From the NCBI GenBank assembly GCA_965248355.1, contig OZ252098.1, positions 3,168,001 to 3,232,000 on the forward strand: a stretch of 64,000 bases of DNA, written 5' to 3'. The notes under the pieces were generated by a model. It worked only from the letters and a program-made list of their open reading frames with translations, was not told where the DNA came from and made no database searches. This DNA comes from Candidatus Latescibacterota bacterium (GTDB lineage Bacteria > Latescibacterota > UBA2968 > UBA8231). A program made the translations under genes and the position numbers. Positions 9,227-21,882 of the stretch are shown here, one piece after another (position 1 is the stretch's first letter; each line of letters begins with the position of its first letter).

Positions 9227-10775
9227 TACACGTGGTGCTGGACTACCCCATGACACCACGTCTTCCGAGCGACACTCAGTATCCTCATCCACCTCCGGCC
9301 TACGTGAGCTCGCCCCGATCCGCAGAAAATGCAGAAAGTCCTCCGTGTCTCCCCCCTCGGGGCCAGGCGGCAGAAGCCTCCGCTCAAGGATGACGCCGCA
9401 GGCCCGAACAATCACCTCCTCCCCCTCAGCCCTCAGCCGCGCGCCAACCCTCGCCGCGTCCAAGAACCCTTCCACTCTCCTCAGCAACGCATACATCTCT
9501 CCGAGAGCCAACCGGCCCCCCGGCTCCGCCCCCACCTCCAACCTCGTCTCCGTCGCTCTGATTGCTGCCGTCAGGTCGGGGTTGTCAGGATGCCTCTCCG
9601 TCAAGTCCGTCGCCCCCTCGTCGCCCTCTGCCGGCCCCCACGAGGTGGTGAAGACAAACGGACGCTCGTTCCCTCTTGGCTCCGGTTCTGTGTTCCTGAC
9701 TACCCTTCGAGCTTCCGGCGTCACTAGAGCCCCAGGCCCAATTGTGGAGAATAGCCTTCTCAGCAGATGATCCCTCGCCTCATCGGGGCAGTCGAATTCA
9801 AACGCACCTCGCTCAAAATCTGCCCGCTCTCCTCGGCTGAGACTCTCGAAACCCGCCGCCACAACATCGATGGCATCCTTGCGCGTATCGAGACAAACCA
9901 GAAACTCCTCCCTCATAGCAACGGGGCGCGCAAGCTTGAGCAGAGCTCCTCCCCTTTCGGCCGCAGCGAGAAACAGCCTCGACCACAAGACGGCTAACGA
10001 TCCCTTCTCGATCAATAGATCCCCAAGTCCGACAGCGACACTCTCCGCGCTCCCCCTCAGTACCTCAAGGAACTTGGCAATAAGAACCCCGCCATCCCCG
10101 TCAGTCTTTCTAGCCGGACTGTGTGCCCAAATGTGGCTAAAGTCGGGCCGGAGTCGCACTCGTCGCCCGCCCACGCTAAAGACCGCTTCCCTGCCCTCAG
10201 CGGCAATGGGATGCGCCCGCTCCACATAGCCATCAACTGCAACAACGAGCGCCTCGACAGCACGGCACGGGTGCAAGCCGAGAAACTCAAAGATGAACTC
10301 CTCCAACACATATCGCGCCATCGAATAGTCTTGGCGAGTGTTTGACATGAGTGGCAGAATCCGACTGGAGCCCATCTGGGTCTCACAGCTTTCGGTCACA
10401 ACGAATCCATAGGTCCTTCCGTAGATCTCCACGGCGAAGCCGGGATCCACATCCGCAATGACGCGGATCTTGTCGCAGATGGCGGGCACCTCCACCGGAG
10501 CAAATCTCTGGAGACGCTCCTCTTCGAACACCTTGGCAAGCAATTCCCGGGATGCTTGGGGATCTGTTTCGTAAGTGTCCGCCACGAACCCAATAGACGC
10601 CCGCACCAATTTCCCGGGCTCGCGGAGGCCATACCCGTAGGCCAGAAGCGACCGACTTGGCACGCCCAACTCCTTAGGCGGTGGCACACTCTCACTCCGC
10701 CGGTCGATGAATTGATAGAGTAGGAAGCGTACCGATACCGCTACGGGCGCAACATTGGCCGCAACTGCTTCAAGC
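9227..10775 (-). pseudogene. Fragment 3 of the nuclease-STAND ATPase gene (helical region)
   Basis: In frame with fragment 2 after removing IS66 (WIGLLEAVAANVAPV..PPPKELG); lower GC. Confidence 0.78.
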
Positions 10776-12412
10776 GTAACCGTTCAGTCCCCTACGGCGC
10801 CAAGCCGGATGTTGAAAAATCGCTGTTCTGATTTGGCCTTTGTGGGTATCTTGGGACCGGTAGCTGGCACAGCGTCCTTTGACCCCGGGCAAGGCCGTGG
10901 AGAGTCCCCCTCAGATTTCGGTGTCCGACCGCGACTGGCAACGCACGCCGCCGTCGGTGCAGGAGGCGGTGGTCCGCTTGGGGGAGCGGGTGGCGCATCT
11001 GGAGCAGATCGTGGAGCAACAGGCCGCCCGCATCGCCGCCTTGGAGCAGGAACTGGCCCGGCGCCAGGGCCGAAGCCGCCGCGGCGCCCAAGCCTCGGCC
11101 TCCTCGGACAGCGACCGCCCCCGCCGGCGTCGATCCTCGGGACGCTCGCCGGGAGGACCGCCGGGGCACGAAGGCCATGGCCGGGCGCTGATGCCGGCCG
11201 GGCGCGTGGACCAGTGGATCCCGGTCAAGCCCGGCGCCTGCCACCGATGCGGGCAGCGGCTCACGGGCGAGGACCCCCATCCGCGGCGTCACCAGCAGGT
11301 CGTGATCCCGCCGGTGCGAGCCGAGGTCCTCGAGTATCAGCTGCACACGCTGCGTTGTCCGGCCTGCGACGTGCTGACCGAAGCCGACTGGCCCGCGGGG
11401 GTGTCCCGGCGCACCTTCGGGCCCAGCGTGCAGGCCTGGGTCGGCCTGCGGGCCGGCGCCTACCGCTTGAGTCATCGCAACATCGCAGCCCTGTTGTCCG
11501 ACGCCTTTGGCGTCGAGCTGTCGGTGGGCACGGTCAGCGCGTTGCAGCAAGAGGTGTCGGCGGCGCTGGCCGAACCGATGCAAGAAGCTTGCGCCTACGT
11601 TCGCCAACAGCCCCGAGTCAATGTGGACGAGACGGGCTGGCGGCAGCGCCGGGGCCGGGCCTGGTTGTGGACCGCGGTGACAGAGGGCGTCTCGGTCTTC
11701 GCCATTCGCCCCAGCCGCGGCCGGGAGGTGGTCGAGGAGTTGCTCGGCGCCGACAGCCCGGCGGGGGTCGGCTCGGACCGGTACTCGGCCTACGGGCATC
11801 GGCCGCCGGCGCGCCGGCAAGTGTGCTGGGCCCACCTGCGGCGCACCTTCGAGGACTTTTCGGCCCGCGCCGGACCGGCCGCCGGCGTCGGCCAGCAGTT
11901 GCTGGAATCCACCGATCAGATGTTCACCTGGTGGCATCGAGTGCGCGACGGCACCCTGCAACGCTCCAGCTTCCAGGTCGATGTCCGCACTCTGCGGGGG
12001 CGCGTTCGTCTGGCCTTGTGGTTTGGGCAGCAGTTCGCCGATGCCTCGACCGCGGCCACCTGCGCCAACCTCCTCGACTTGGGGCCGGCGCTGTGGACCT
12101 TCGCCCGTCGGGAAGGCGTCGAGCCGACCAACAACGAGGCCGAACGAGCCCTTCGTCATGGCGTGTTGTGGCGCCACACCAGCTTCGGCACCCACAGTGC
12201 CGACGGCAGCCGCTTCGTGGAGCGCCTGCTCACGGTGCGCGACACCCTGCGCCAGCAACAGCGCAGCGTCCTCGACGATCTCACGACGGCCTGTCACGCC
12301 GCCCTGCATCAACAGCCGGCGCCGTCGTTGCTGCCCCAAACCAGCTCCGTCCTTCGGTAGGCCTCTCCGCACCACGCCTCCGGCTCCATCAGCCTGGAGA
12401 CTGAACGGTTAC
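10776..12412 (+). mobile_element. IS66-family IS (single-ORF ISBst12 type), 1637 bp
   Basis: 14-bp IRs GTAACCGTTCAGTC; 8-bp TSD CTTCAAGC at 10768-10775 and 12413-12420. Confidence 0.92.
10879..12360 (+). CDS. IS66 transposase
   Basis: Coiled coil, CxxC..CxxC zinc finger, VDETGW, SDRYSAY, QVCWAHLRR, PTNNEAERALR. Confidence 0.92.
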   Translation: MTPGKAVESPPQISVSDRDWQRTPPSVQEAVVRLGERVAHLEQIVEQQAARIAALEQELARRQGRSRRGAQASASSDSDRPRRRRSSGRSPGGPPGHEGHGRALMPAGRVDQWIPVKPGACHRCGQRLTGEDPHPRRHQQVVIPPVRAEVLEYQLHTLRCPACDVLTEADWPAGVSRRTFGPSVQAWVGLRAGAYRLSHRNIAALLSDAFGVELSVGTVSALQQEVSAALAEPMQEACAYVRQQPRVNVDETGWRQRRGRAWLWTAVTEGVSVFAIRPSRGREVVEELLGADSPAGVGSDRYSAYGHRPPARRQVCWAHLRRTFEDFSARAGPAAGVGQQLLESTDQMFTWWHRVRDGTLQRSSFQVDVRTLRGRVRLALWFGQQFADASTAATCANLLDLGPALWTFARREGVEPTNNEAERALRHGVLWRHTSFGTHSADGSRFVERLLTVRDTLRQQQRSVLDDLTTACHAALHQQPAPSLLPQTSSVLR

Positions 12413-14134
12413 CTTCAAGCAGCCCGATCCAGGGCTCGTCAGGGACATCCCCCTCATCCTCTAGGCGAATGGCCAAGGCACCACAGAGGTAGGAGAGGGC
12501 ACTTACGGCGTTCTCGTCCTGGGCCACTACGCGCTCCGCAAGCCACTCTGTGTCCGTGGCCTCCACGGGTAGTTCCGCACAGATTCGGCAAGTCGCGCTT
12601 CGAACGATGGGGTCCGCCTCCTTGTCCGACAGGATGTGTCCGACAGCCGTCCAGAATGAAGAGCGATCCGGCTGGGACTCCCAAACCTCCTGCAGGAGGA
12701 ACCCAAGCGCTGGCGCCAGCATGAGGCCCAGCGCCTGTTCCTTCGCGAAGCGCTCGTCTCCACTTACGATTCTGGCTGGCTCGAGGAAAACCCGTGCTGC
12801 TGCAAAGTCAAAGAGGATGTGGTGCCGAAACTGAATCCACCGGTCGTTTCCTCCGCGAACCAGCACACCCTCCTGTGACAGGACATCGATCATGGCCGGA
12901 TCATCCGACCAGACCTTCTGCCTTGCCACGCGCAATTCACGTGCCTTTACCATCTCCGCGACAATAGCCCCAAGGCTACTCTCCGCGGGCGTTCCGTGCC
13001 TTTCAATCCTATGGGACCAATACAGGCACAGTAAGGCCGACTGAGACGACACCCGGTTTAGCTCGAGGAGATCCACACCGTCAGAAATGAGATCACCAAT
13101 CAACCGGGTATTGAAGGGAATCGCAGCAAGCTCCCGCAGCGGCGGAGGAGCGTTGCTGAGTGCTCTGGCCAGGGTTGGCGCCTGACTAAGCAGGTTCTGC
13201 AACTCGGACTCTGACCACGGGGTTATCTCTATGTGCCGAACACTGCTCAAATGTGGCTCTGCGTAGGTGCTGTCAGGCGGCGTACCCTCGAATAGGGAGC
13301 GCAATTGGCTACCCATTCTTAGGTCGAAGGTGCGAATGGATGCTACGACGCGCCATCGGTCGCATCTCCCCACTACCCCCTCGATCAAGGTGCGAAAGAC
13401 CCCCTCCCCCCTCCCTCCGCGCGTTGCGTCAAGGGCGTCGATAATCAGCCACGCTGGCCCTGGCCCATCCCAAGCCTCCAGGACTTCCAGAAGGCCGTGT
13501 TCTAGACCTATATCCCTTGACAACCCTTCTAACGACTCTACGGAGTGTTGATCGGCTGCTAGTTCGAGAACGTCCTTTCCCTGCATCACCAAACGGCCTG
13601 CGAGCTGGTTCACCACCCCACTCTTTCCGGAGCCCGGTTCGCCGACTATCAGGAGCGACTCCTCGAATGTCGAGGCCTCAACCGCCTCTTGGCACTCCCG
13701 GACAATCGAGGCACTTTCCCCGTTTGCAAGCTCAATCCTCTCATGCCGCCGCAACGAGCGTACAACTGACTGGGTGTGCTGAATGAGTGTCGAGATATCG
13801 TGCTGATAACTGGGCGCTGCAGCCAGGCTTACCCCCCTTGCCATGAGCCTTTCCCGCAGGTTTCCAAGATCAGCACCTGCCCGTTCCTTCATCATCTGAC
13901 CGCAAAGGACTTCCAAAACGTTCAGAGCTGCGTAGGCGTCCGTCCTATCCGACAGGGATCCTGCCAGGATCTCCGCTGTCGTGGACTGTGCGCCATCTAC
14001 GTCGAACACCAGCACTCTGACCAGTCCTGCCAGTTGATCTGGAAACTCCGGATCAAACTCATCATGTGTCGCCGATTCCCACGCTTGGGCGACGCACGGC
14101 CTGAAGACCTCCATTGCTTTCTGCTGGGCAACTG
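12413..14134 (-). pseudogene. Fragment 2: STAND/NACHT-like P-loop ATPase domain
   Basis: Walker A GEPGSGKS, Walker B WLIIDALD, VVASIR sensor, IPFN (GxP-like), FRHHILFDF winged-helix motif. Confidence 0.8.
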
Positions 14135-14617
14135 TCAGAGGACATCAGGGCCAGGTTGGGATCTCTGACGGAGCGCTTTCGGAAGGTCTTCACGCACCGT
14201 CTTGGGCGCTTGTGGGCTAACTGCAAGCACGAGCCGGTCCCGGGACGAATCCAGCGGCCGGTTCCACTCGCTGTCCCCATCCCCCCCGCGGCAGGCCAAC
14301 CAGTGCCGTACAAATTGAGAGATGGTCTTCCCGAAGGGGCTAGACATATCGGTCGAGAGAGATACAGTCGTTTTGGTTTGGATGGCTAGATAGCCGTCGG
14401 TTGATGTAGAGACGAGGATGTCATCGACTGGTGCGTTCGTCTCGAAGCGAAGCCATACAGGGGTAGCGTTGCCAAGATTCAGTCGTTCATCACCCGCCTT
14501 CTCTGCAAGAAGGCATGCGCCGAAAATCGCTCCGACCTTCTGCTGAAACGCGCCTGCACTAGTAGCCGCACCACCTGCCGCCGCCGGTGCATGTGAATCC
14601 TTGGATGTTTCAGACAT
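14135..14617 (-). pseudogene. Fragment 1: N-terminal PD-(D/E)XK (Cap4/Mrr-like) nuclease domain, frameshifted from the ATPase
   Basis: GGAATSAGAFQ..RFETNAPVDDILV..AIQTK; GGAG RBS; frameshift near 14135-14140 (continues LTVAQQKAMEVF). Confidence 0.7.
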
Positions 14618-14908
14618 TGCTGCTCTCCAGTTTGGGCGAGTGGCTCGACAGGGTCATCGCAGGTCCCAAGCTATGAAGGGGCAAGAGTGAGGGCCAGAGG
14701 ACGGCCGCCACTACCGTAGTAGTCCGCGCCTCACTTGGACGACCCGCCTACTATTGCTTCGTTTTCCCCGTTCCTTAAAGACTATGCCGCTAATGCACCT
14801 AAGGAGGCTTGGAACCGGCGACCGGATCGGCCTGTAGCAAATCCCACGGTATCAACGGGAACAGCGCTTCAGTTGCGGATCCGGTCTCCGTCCATTCATT
14901 ATGTCCCC

Positions 14909-15343
14909 ATGGCCAACAGACCCGTAGTCGTCTACGACGGCGAGTGCCGCTTCTGCCGGTGGAGCGTGGCCCGCATCCAGCGGCTGGACCGCGCCGGACA
15001 ATTCGAGTACCTCCCCCGCCAGGCCCCCGGCGCCGAGGACCGCTTCCCGGTGCTGACCCAGAGCGACTTCGACACCGGCCTGCGGCTCCTCCAGCACGAT
15101 CCGCAGATCGTCCACGTGGGCGCCGACGGCGTCTACCAGATCTACCGGCGGCTGCCGCCCCTGCATCGGGTGGCCTGGCTCTACCGGGTGCCCGTGCTCA
15201 CCTGGCTCTTCCGCCTGGGCTATGCCATCATCGCCCGCAACCGCCATCGCTTCGGGCGGGTCCCGCCCGAGATGGCCTGCGACGACCTCTGCGACCTGTC
15301 CTACGGCGAGCGCCGCGGGGATCCGCCGGCAGCATCGCCCTGA
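14909..15343 (+). CDS. DCC family thiol-disulfide oxidoreductase (DUF393)
   Basis: VVYDGECRFC, GYAIIARNRHR. Confidence 0.88.
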   Translation: MANRPVVVYDGECRFCRWSVARIQRLDRAGQFEYLPRQAPGAEDRFPVLTQSDFDTGLRLLQHDPQIVHVGADGVYQIYRRLPPLHRVAWLYRVPVLTWLFRLGYAIIARNRHRFGRVPPEMACDDLCDLSYGERRGDPPAASP

Positions 15344-16238
15344 TGCGCTGCCGCCGGTTCGGCAAGACCGGCTGGCAGGTCAGCGAGATCGCCCTCGGCG
15401 GCGCCTGGTTCTACGGCCGTCCCGAGTTCGGCCCGCGGCCCCTCTCCCACGGCGCCGCCATCGTCGAGCGCGCCCTCGAGCTGGGGGTCAACTACATCGA
15501 CACGGCCCCCCTCTACGGCAGCGGCCGCAGCGAGGAGGTCCTGGGCCACGCCCTCAAGGGGGTGGATCAGCCCTTCTTCCTGGCCACCAAGGTCGGCTAC
15601 CTCCCGGAGCCCTTCGACTACACGCGGGACACGGTGATGCGCGGCTTCGAGGCCAGCCTGAAGCGGCTGCAGCGCGACCGCGTCGACCTGGTGCAGATCC
15701 ACGAGACCGAGAAGGCCGGCTGGGAGGGGGTCTTCGGCAAGGGGCGCACCCTCGAGGCGCTGATCGAGCTGCGCGAGCAGGGTCTGGCCACCCACATCGG
15801 CCTCACCGGCGCCGACCTCGACCTCATGGTGCGCATGCTCGGCGCCACGGACGAGTTCGTCTCCGTCATCACCTACCTCAAGTACGACCTGCTGGTGCAG
15901 GACGCCCGCCAGGCCCTGGTGCCCGCCGCGGTCGCCGCCGACGCCGCCCTCATCTGCGCCTCCCCCCTGCACGCGGGCCTGCTCGGCTCCCGGCGCGATC
16001 ACTGGCGTAGGCAGGGCCGCTTCGAGGAGCGGTACGAACGGCTGGAGCGGGTCGAGGCGGTCCTGGACCACCACGGCCTGAGCCCGGCCGACGCGGGGCT
16101 GCGCTACCTGCTGTCGGATCCGCGCGTGGCCACCGTCCTCTCCGGCGTCGACAGCGTCGCCGAGCTGGAGCGCTCCGTGGCGGCTTCCGACGCCGGACCC
16201 CTGGACGCGGAGCTGATCCGCCAGATCGAGGAGGCCTG

Positions 16239-16239
<1 letters not shown>
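15343..16239 (+). CDS. Aldo/keto reductase
   Basis: FGKTGWQVSEIALG, YIDTAPLYG, ATKVG, DLVQIH; TGATG coupling. Confidence 0.92.
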
Positions 16240-19223
<2,984 letters not shown>

Positions 19224-19257
19224 GCAGATCCTTTCCTTGGCATGATCCGTTTCCGGG

Positions 19258-19525
19258 CTACTCCGTGCGCAGCGTCTCCACCGGGTTGGTCAGGGCTGCC
19301 CGCATCGCCTGTTGGCCCACGGTCAGGCCGGCGATGAGGAAGGAGAGGGCGCCCGAGACCGCGAAGAGGCCGGCGCCCATCTCGACGCGATAGGCGAAGC
19401 CGTGGAGCCACTGGTTGCCCAGCCACCAGGCGACGGGGACGCTGAGGACGAAGGCGAGGCCCACGGGCCGGGCGAAGTCTCGCAGCATCATGGCGGTGAG
19501 GCCGCCGGCCGACGCGCCGAAGACC
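19258..19525 (-). pseudogene. ABC permease C-terminal ~88 aa, located upstream of the permease start
   Basis: VFGASAGGLTAMMLRDF..WLHGFAYR..NPVETLRTE*, the expected continuation of EIGVRK. Confidence 0.88.
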
Positions 19526-19970
19526 CGAGCCGATGAACCTGCCCCACGCGTACGACGTGAATTACCTCTTCGACTCCGGGGTCACGGGCAGCTTCACCAC
19601 TTCGCGGGTGCTCACCAACGTGGAGGCGGGGCGCAGGCAGGTGCTGATCGTCTGCGACGACGCCCTGATCGAGTGGTCGGCGGCGAAGGTGGTGGAGAAC
19701 GGAGAGACGGTCTGGGAGGAGGAGGCGGAAGGCCGAGCGGCCTTCGCCCTGCAGGCCGAGGCTTTCGTCGCCGCGGTTCGGGCCAGTGACCCGTCGGCGA
19801 CGCTCAGCCCCTACGGGCCGAGCCTGAACAGCCTGGCCGCCGTCCTCGGGGCCAACGCCTCGGCCGAGCGGGACGGCGAGCGGTTGCCCCTGGCGAACGT
19901 GCAGTCGGGAGCCGTGGCCTGGAACCCGCGCTTCGCGGCGGCCCACGGCGTGCCGGCGCTGGAGGACTGA
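19526..19970 (+). pseudogene. Gfo/Idh/MocA oxidoreductase, 3' part
   Basis: In-frame continuation of 16239-16867; QAEAFVAAV..SLAAVLGANAS. Confidence 0.85.
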
Positions 19971-19971
19971 C

Positions 19972-21882
19972 TCACCCCGCCGGCTGGTGCAGGTCCGGGT
20001 CCCTCACCGCCTCGTAGATCACCCCGCCCTCGACGTTGCGCGGCATCGGCGCCCCGGTCAGGTAGCAGATCGTCGGCGCCACGTCGATGACGCGCACCTG
20101 GCGGTCGAGCCGGCCCCCCCGGCGCACGCCGGCGCCGGCGGCGATGAAGGTCGAGTGCTGGCCGGCCATGCCGAAGGTCACCGAAGGCAGTTGCTTGCCG
20201 TGGGCCCCGTCGAACTCCGGGCGCAGGGCGTAGACCACGTCGCCCACGCGGTCCGACCACAGGTTCACCATCTCCGCGTCCTCGCGGGTGAGGGCGAGGG
20301 CGAAGGGACGCCGGCCCGTCTCCGGGTCCTCGTAGTCGTGGAGGGCCTGGATGATCTCCCGGCATACGTCGTCGTAGTCCTTGGGATCGACGATGCCGCC
20401 GGGCTCCCGCCCCTTCAGGTTCACGAAGATGTGCACCAGGCCCACGTCGGCCGCCCGGGTGCGCGTCCAGTCGACGCGCCGGTTGCGGCCGCGGCCCTCG
20501 TACTTCAGGAACCCGGCCTGCTCCAGCACCGCCGCGACGTTGACGACCGTGTGCTGCTGCGAGGTGCCGCCGTGGTCGGAGACCACGAAGAAGACGGTGT
20601 CGTCATCGGCCAGCCGGCGCAGGCGGCCGATCCAGCGGTCGATGGAAGCGTAGGTGCGCTCCACGCCCTCGCGGCAGCGCCTCTGCACCGAGGGCGGGGC
20701 CCCGGAGTGGGGATCGGCGGCGCGCAGGAAGAAGTGGCTGGTGTAGTCGGAGGCGTGGGTCTCCGTCATCAGCAGGTCCCAGTCCCGGGAGCCGGCGAGG
20801 TACCCGGCCACGTCGGCCAGGCGCTCGTGGTGGAACTCCAGCAGCTCGAAGTAGGTGTCGTCGTCGATCAGGCCGAGGGCGTCGCGGGCCGGGTTCTGCA
20901 GGAAGTTGCCCACGTGGCGGTCGATCTCGCGGGCCACGGAGGCGGGCTTGGTGTAGCCGTCGGGAGGCCAGATCTGGGGGATGAAGAGCTCGAAGGCGTC
21001 GGCCCCGCGCGACAGGGTGATCAGCTTGGCGCGCACGTATCCCCGCACCTTGCGGCCGTCGATCTCGAAGCGGTCCAGCCACCAGTCGCTCCACTCGCCC
21101 ACGCCGAGGTCGGTTAGAGGCCGGGCCGCGTTCTTCGAGCGGCAGATCCGCACCCGGTCGTAGCCGAGGTCGCCGCCGGCGTAGACCAGGGCGTACAGCG
21201 GCAGAGGGGTGCCCTCCCGGCCCCGGTTCATATCCTCGCGGCCCCTGGCCAGCGGCCGGATGGTGAGAACGGCCTCCTTCGGCGGCCGGCTCGATTCGGG
21301 CAGTCCGCTCCATCCCCGGGCCTCTTCAAGGGTCACGGGATCGAACTCGCTCACCCCCTGCAGGGCGCTCGGGTCCAGGGTCTCGGGGTCGCGCTGGGCC
21401 TCGAGCCGCCGGGGCGCCCACTTGCCGGCCACGAAGAGGTGATAGCCTGCCACCTGGTGATGGTTGGAGACGCCGGGGCCGGTGCCCTCCACCTGCACCC
21501 CCGAGCGCACCGTGGGCGGCCACGACATCTCCCACTTCACCAGGATCGGCTTCCTGCCGCCGCGCTCGAAGGCGTTCCAGATGTACTCCGAGCGCGACAG
21601 GGAGGTGTCGATGCCCCAGAGGGTGCGGTCCAGGCGCTCGCCCACGTGACGGATGTTGAAGTCCAGGACCCCGTGGGTGCCCGGCCACGAGCCCGTGGAC
21701 AGGGCCGTCCAGCCCGGGGGTGTCAGCGTGGGGAAGACGCCGACCATGGGCCGCCAGACGCCCGCCTTCATCAGGGCGCGGACGTTGGGCATGTGGCCGG
21801 CGTCGGCCATGTTCTTCACCAGCTCCATGCTGGCGCCGTCCATGCCGGCGACGATGGCGCGCCGGGCGGGTGCTGCACTCAT
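19972..21882 (-). CDS. Alkaline phosphatase superfamily protein (type I phosphodiesterase/nucleotide pyrophosphatase)
   Basis: GMDG, PTLTPPGWTALSTG, VSDHG, DVAPT. Confidence 0.88.
   Translation of the reverse strand: MSAAPARRAIVAGMDGASMELVKNMADAGHMPNVRALMKAGVWRPMVGVFPTLTPPGWTALSTGSWPGTHGVLDFNIRHVGERLDRTLWGIDTSLSRSEYIWNAFERGGRKPILVKWEMSWPPTVRSGVQVEGTGPGVSNHHQVAGYHLFVAGKWAPRRLEAQRDPETLDPSALQGVSEFDPVTLEEARGWSGLPESSRPPKEAVLTIRPLARGREDMNRGREGTPLPLYALVYAGGDLGYDRVRICRSKNAARPLTDLGVGEWSDWWLDRFEIDGRKVRGYVRAKLITLSRGADAFELFIPQIWPPDGYTKPASVAREIDRHVGNFLQNPARDALGLIDDDTYFELLEFHHERLADVAGYLAGSRDWDLLMTETHASDYTSHFFLRAADPHSGAPPSVQRRCREGVERTYASIDRWIGRLRRLADDDTVFFVVSDHGGTSQQHTVVNVAAVLEQAGFLKYEGRGRNRRVDWTRTRAADVGLVHIFVNLKGREPGGIVDPKDYDDVCREIIQALHDYEDPETGRRPFALALTREDAEMVNLWSDRVGDVVYALRPEFDGAHGKQLPSVTFGMAGQHSTFIAAGAGVRRGGRLDRQVRVIDVAPTICYLTGAPMPRNVEGGVIYEAVRDPDLHQPAG

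Noticed and set aside
14135..14137. TGA as a selenocysteine or readthrough codon
   Set aside because: Downstream coding continues in a different frame, so it is a frameshift
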